Positions 25,802 through 28,540 of a DNA stretch of 28,540 bases are shown here, in pieces. The DNA comes from a virus (lineage: Duplodnaviria; Caudoviricetes). The notes beneath the pieces were generated by a model. It had not been told where the DNA came from, did not search any database, and saw only the letters and a list, made by a program, of their open reading frames with translations. Made by a program: the position numbers and the translations under genes. Numbering within the stretch: position 1 is the stretch's first letter; every line of letters starts with the position of its first letter. The stretch is taken from the IMG/VR virus record IMGVR_UViG_3300020044_005708, positions 1 to 28,540 of that record, one strand, 5' to 3'.

Positions 25802-25821
25802 GTTTTTTGCTATTATAAAGT
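25792..25821 (+). promoter_or_regulatory. Putative phage promoter, copy 6 (precedes a non-coding RNA, not an ATG)
   Basis: AACAC-tttaagttttttg(13 nt)-CTATTAT-aaagt-AGGTCC. Confidence 0.7.
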
Positions 25822-25915
25822 AGGTCCGCTTCCACAATATAGGACTGAATGAATTTGAATTGACCTTGTCAATGAAGTAGAAGTGGAAGCCTACGGATTT
25901 GATAGGGTCTTTTTT
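25820..25915 (+). ncRNA. Candidate structured small RNA / attenuator with complementary loops and a terminator
   Basis: Hairpin 1 GTCC/GGAC has GCTTCCAC in its loop. Hairpin 2 GACCTTGTCAA/TTGATAGGGTC has an inner GTAG/CTAC stem, GTGGAAGC in its loop and a T6 tail. Confidence 0.6.
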
Positions 25916-25937
25916 GTTTAATTTAATTTAATTTATT

Positions 25938-26129
25938 ATGAAGTATGTTTTAGATTGTATCCAAGAACGAACATTAAATTTAGTATTGGAACGTGAACTG
26001 GTGATGTTAGCATTAACAATTGAAGACAATGGTTTTCAAAAGACCATTTATTTAGATGAGAAAGGAATTTTTGATTTAATAGGTGCGCTCCACCACATTC
26101 AGAAACAAATTCAAAACGACAAAAAATGA
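25938..26129 (+). CDS. Hypothetical protein, first gene of the replication operon
   Basis: 63 aa with an ATGA overlap with the initiator gene. Confidence 0.6.
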   Translation: MKYVLDCIQERTLNLVLERELVMLALTIEDNGFQKTIYLDEKGIFDLIGALHHIQKQIQNDKK

Positions 26130-26761
26130 GTGGGTGGGTCAAAATACACAGAAAAATTCTTGAATGGGAGTGGTTTAATGATACAAACACGTTTAAATTG
26201 TTTTTGTTTATATTGCTTTCAGTTAACCATAAAGACAAAAATTACAGAGGTAAACTTGTTAAAGCTGGTTCAATGGTTACTGGTCGCGATATACTTGCGC
26301 AAAAAACAAATATGTCAGTTCAACAAATTAGAAGTTGTTTAAAACGATTAAAATCAACCAACGAAATAACCATCGAAACTAACTCGCAAGGTACTATTAT
26401 TCACGTTGTTAACTTTGAAAAATACCAAGTTGAAACCAGCGAATTAACCAACAATCAACCAACGATTAACCAGCAATCAACCACTAACAAGAATGTAAAG
26501 AATGAAAAGAATATATTTAAGCAACCTACTATTGAAGAAGTTCAAAACTATTGTTTGGAACGTAACAATAACGTTGATGCAAAGCGTTGGTTTGACTTTT
26601 ATGTAAGTAAGGGTTGGTTAGTAGGTAAAAGTAAAATGAAGGATTGGAAAGCATCTGTAAGGACTTGGGAAAAGGAAACGAATGTTTCCCATAAACAACC
26701 AAACTTTAAAAGCAATGACCAAATATTTTATGAGAACGTAATGAAACAACTTGGAAAATGA
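26126..26761 (+). CDS. Phage replication initiator (replisome-organiser / lambda O analogue)
   Basis: N-terminal GWVKIHRKILEWEW wHTH-type domain, Asn/Gln/Thr linker encoded by DNA repeats, and a C-terminal PTIEEV..YC.ER...FY.SKGW..GK.KMKDWKASVRTWE domain. Followed by the helicase. Confidence 0.8.
   Translation: MSGWVKIHRKILEWEWFNDTNTFKLFLFILLSVNHKDKNYRGKLVKAGSMVTGRDILAQKTNMSVQQIRSCLKRLKSTNEITIETNSQGTIIHVVNFEKYQVETSELTNNQPTINQQSTTNKNVKNEKNIFKQPTIEEVQNYCLERNNNVDAKRWFDFYVSKGWLVGKSKMKDWKASVRTWEKETNVSHKQPNFKSNDQIFYENVMKQLGK
26434..26515. repeat. Iteron-like repeats; probable replication origin inside the initiator gene
   Basis: AACCA(A/G)C-type units at 26434, 26446, 26457, 26468 and 26479 (spacing 12, 11, 11, 11; the last is AACCACT), followed by three 9-bp AAGAAT units at 26489, 26498 and 26507. 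Confidence 0.7.
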
Positions 26762-27615
26762 TTCTTGAAGACGGACATAGTACTGAATACTTACTTAACT
26801 ACCGGGATGGTAATATAGGCAAAGGACTTGGAATAGGTTGCCGACTTGATGAGTATTTGTTGTTTAAAAGAAAACAGTTAAATATAGTTCTTGGACACGA
26901 TAACGTTGGTAAGTCTTATTGGATGGAATGGTATTTTTTAATGTTAGCTTACAAGCATCGTTTGAAATTCGTGTTGTGGATGGGTGAAAATTCAAGCGGT
27001 CAGGTTATGCGTGATTTTATACAAATGTTTTCGGGTAAACGATTTAATGAACTAACAAAAAACGAAATAGTAGGCTACCAGCATCGAATTGAAAAATACT
27101 TTAAGTTTGTCAGCAACGAAAAAATGTACACACCAAAGGAAGTTTTAACTATTATTGAAGACTCAGGTTGTGACGTTGGCTTTATTGACCCATTCACGGG
27201 ACTTAATAGAGGTATGCAGCACTCGGACAATTACGAGTTCCTAAATTACACACGTGACTTTTGTAACCGAACTGGAAAAACTTTGTACATCTCAACACAC
27301 CCAACCTCAGAAAGTGGGCGAACTTCGATGCTATACCCACAAGACCACCACTGGTTTGGTCATTTGAAGCCACCATTGAAGGCACACATTGAAGGAGGTA
27401 AACCATTTTTGAATAGGTGCGACGATATGATTGTTATTCACAGATTAGTAAAACACGAAACAATGAAGTATTCGACAATGATTGAAGTGGAAAAAATTAA
27501 AGACCGAGACACTGGCGGTCAGGTGACAGAGTTAAATTCGCCTTTGTTGTTTGATTACAATAACGGACTTGGATTTATGTTTGATGGTATTAACCCACTA
27601 AAAAACGGACAATGA
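26758..27615 (+). CDS. DnaB-like (SF4) replicative helicase
   Basis: Walker A GHDNVGKS, WMGEN, Walker B-like GFIDPF, ISTHP and KIKDRDTGG. Confidence 0.8.
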   Translation: MILEDGHSTEYLLNYRDGNIGKGLGIGCRLDEYLLFKRKQLNIVLGHDNVGKSYWMEWYFLMLAYKHRLKFVLWMGENSSGQVMRDFIQMFSGKRFNELTKNEIVGYQHRIEKYFKFVSNEKMYTPKEVLTIIEDSGCDVGFIDPFTGLNRGMQHSDNYEFLNYTRDFCNRTGKTLYISTHPTSESGRTSMLYPQDHHWFGHLKPPLKAHIEGGKPFLNRCDDMIVIHRLVKHETMKYSTMIEVEKIKDRDTGGQVTELNSPLLFDYNNGLGFMFDGINPLKNGQ

Positions 27616-27854
27616 AAAAAGACATAGCAATAACACTATCCTATATTAACTTAAATTCAGTAGTAAATAAGTTACTATTTAGACTTCAGAAGCAACCCGA
27701 AAAGAAAGAAGGAATACTTCAACAAGTCGAAGACCTTGACCACGTAAGGCGAACACTTCGTTTTTTGGAAGCTGACAACCTTGCGTTGAGCAAAAGAAAC
27801 ACGGAACTTGAGTTGAGATGCTTAAAAGCTGAAGAGAAACTGAATGAGATATAA
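27612..27854 (+). CDS. Hypothetical coiled-coil protein
   Basis: 80 aa, ATGA-coupled to the helicase. Confidence 0.65.
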   Translation: MKKDIAITLSYINLNSVVNKLLFRLQKQPEKKEGILQQVEDLDHVRRTLRFLEADNLALSKRNTELELRCLKAEEKLNEI

Positions 27855-27916
27855 CACAAAAGCAGATGCAGTTTTAATTGCATTTGATGACTGTTATCCG
27901 CAGTTTTAATTGCGGA
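27849..27916. other. Imperfect palindrome (attC-like TAAC...GTTA hairpin) with a duplicated GCAGTTTTAATTGC core
   Basis: ATAACA/TGTTAT outer stem, CAGATGCAGT/ATTGCATTTG inner stem, and a second hairpin TCCGCAGTTTTAATTGCGGA. Confidence 0.5.
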
Positions 27917-27933
27917 ATATTAAATTTAAAACT

Positions 27934-28467
27934 ATGAAAACACGAAAATGTAATAATTGCAAAGAACCATTTACCCCGTGGAATACACTTCAAAAGTATT
28001 GCTTGAAAAACTATTGCATATCAGTAATGATTGAAGACAAGAAAAAAAAGGAATGGGCAAAGCGTAAAGCAAAGATGAAAGCCGACTTAATGACCGCGAG
28101 TGATTACAAGAAACTTGCACAGACCGTGTTCAACCAGTTTATACGTTTACGTGACAAAGACTTGAATTGCATTTCGTGTGACAAACCAGCGAAGAAGGCA
28201 AACGCTGGACATTATTTTAGTCAAGGCGGACATTCAAACGTTCGATTTCACGAAGACAACGTACACCTACAATGTGAACACTGCAATAGTTTTCTTAGTG
28301 GGAATCTTTTAAACTACCAAATCGGTATAGAAAAACGAATAGGCGCAGACAAGTTACTTGAATTGCACGAACAAGCACACGTTGTCAAGCAATGGAGTAT
28401 TGAAGAACTAAAGGAAATCATTGCCACCTACAAAAACAAGGTAAAACAACTTAAAAATGGACTTTAA
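27934..28467 (+). CDS. ninG: NinG/Rap-family recombination endonuclease
   Basis: Start reassigned to ATG 27934. KCNNCKEPF..KYC...C, AQTVFNQFIRLRD, CISC, AGHY and RFHEDNVHLQCEHCN. Confidence 0.9.
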   Translation: MKTRKCNNCKEPFTPWNTLQKYCLKNYCISVMIEDKKKKEWAKRKAKMKADLMTASDYKKLAQTVFNQFIRLRDKDLNCISCDKPAKKANAGHYFSQGGHSNVRFHEDNVHLQCEHCNSFLSGNLLNYQIGIEKRIGADKLLELHEQAHVVKQWSIEELKEIIATYKNKVKQLKNGL

Positions 28468-28540
28468 TAGTGATTTTAGATTTGATTTACAAATTGGACT
28501 TGAATACGAAACACGTTTATTTGAGTTATTAGGTAAAAAA
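28420..28540. repeat. 121-bp direct terminal repeat (right copy)
   Basis: Identical to 1-121. Confidence 0.95.

Noticed and set aside
168-27406. Short alternative-frame and antisense ORFs in the track (e.g. 168-365, 1665-1967, 1786-2034, 8978-9202, 9368-9646, 10781-11086, 17053-17337, 18252-18512, 21584-21796, 25936-26238, 27203-27406)
   Set aside because: They shadow well-supported genes or regulatory regions on another frame or strand and show no recognisable motifs or coupling.

Overview
The window is an apparently complete, circularly assembled tailed-phage genome. Bases 1-121 are repeated exactly at 28420-28540, so the unit length is about 28,419 bp. It looks like a small siphovirus of a Bacteroidota (Flavobacteriia-like) host: it has a TTTG-N21-TACATTTG host promoter, A-rich translation starts without Shine-Dalgarno sequences, and a 740-aa tape measure. 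No integrase, repressor, DNA polymerase, tRNA or CRISPR was recognised. Modules in order: sigma-like operon; terS/terL; tail-tip and fibre genes; tape measure and tail completion; two inverted paralogous chaperone-like genes; XkdF-like protease/scaffold, capsid, tail tube, portal and connectors; holin, u-spanin and M15 endolysin; early small genes; ERF/YqaJ recombination; HNH; SSB; initiator with an internal origin; helicase; NinG. The most striking signal is a candidate phage transcription system. A divergent ECF-sigma-like gene (957-1490) is accompanied by six copies of a bipartite motif, AACA(C/A)-N13-CTATT(C/T/A)T, with an invariant 13-nt spacer. Five copies end 5-6 nt before a late-gene ATG, which predicts leaderless mRNAs. 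The sixth drives an unannotated ~95-nt structured RNA with two complementary 8-nt loops and a terminator, directly upstream of the replication operon. All protein-family calls come from recognising motifs by eye, not from database searches.
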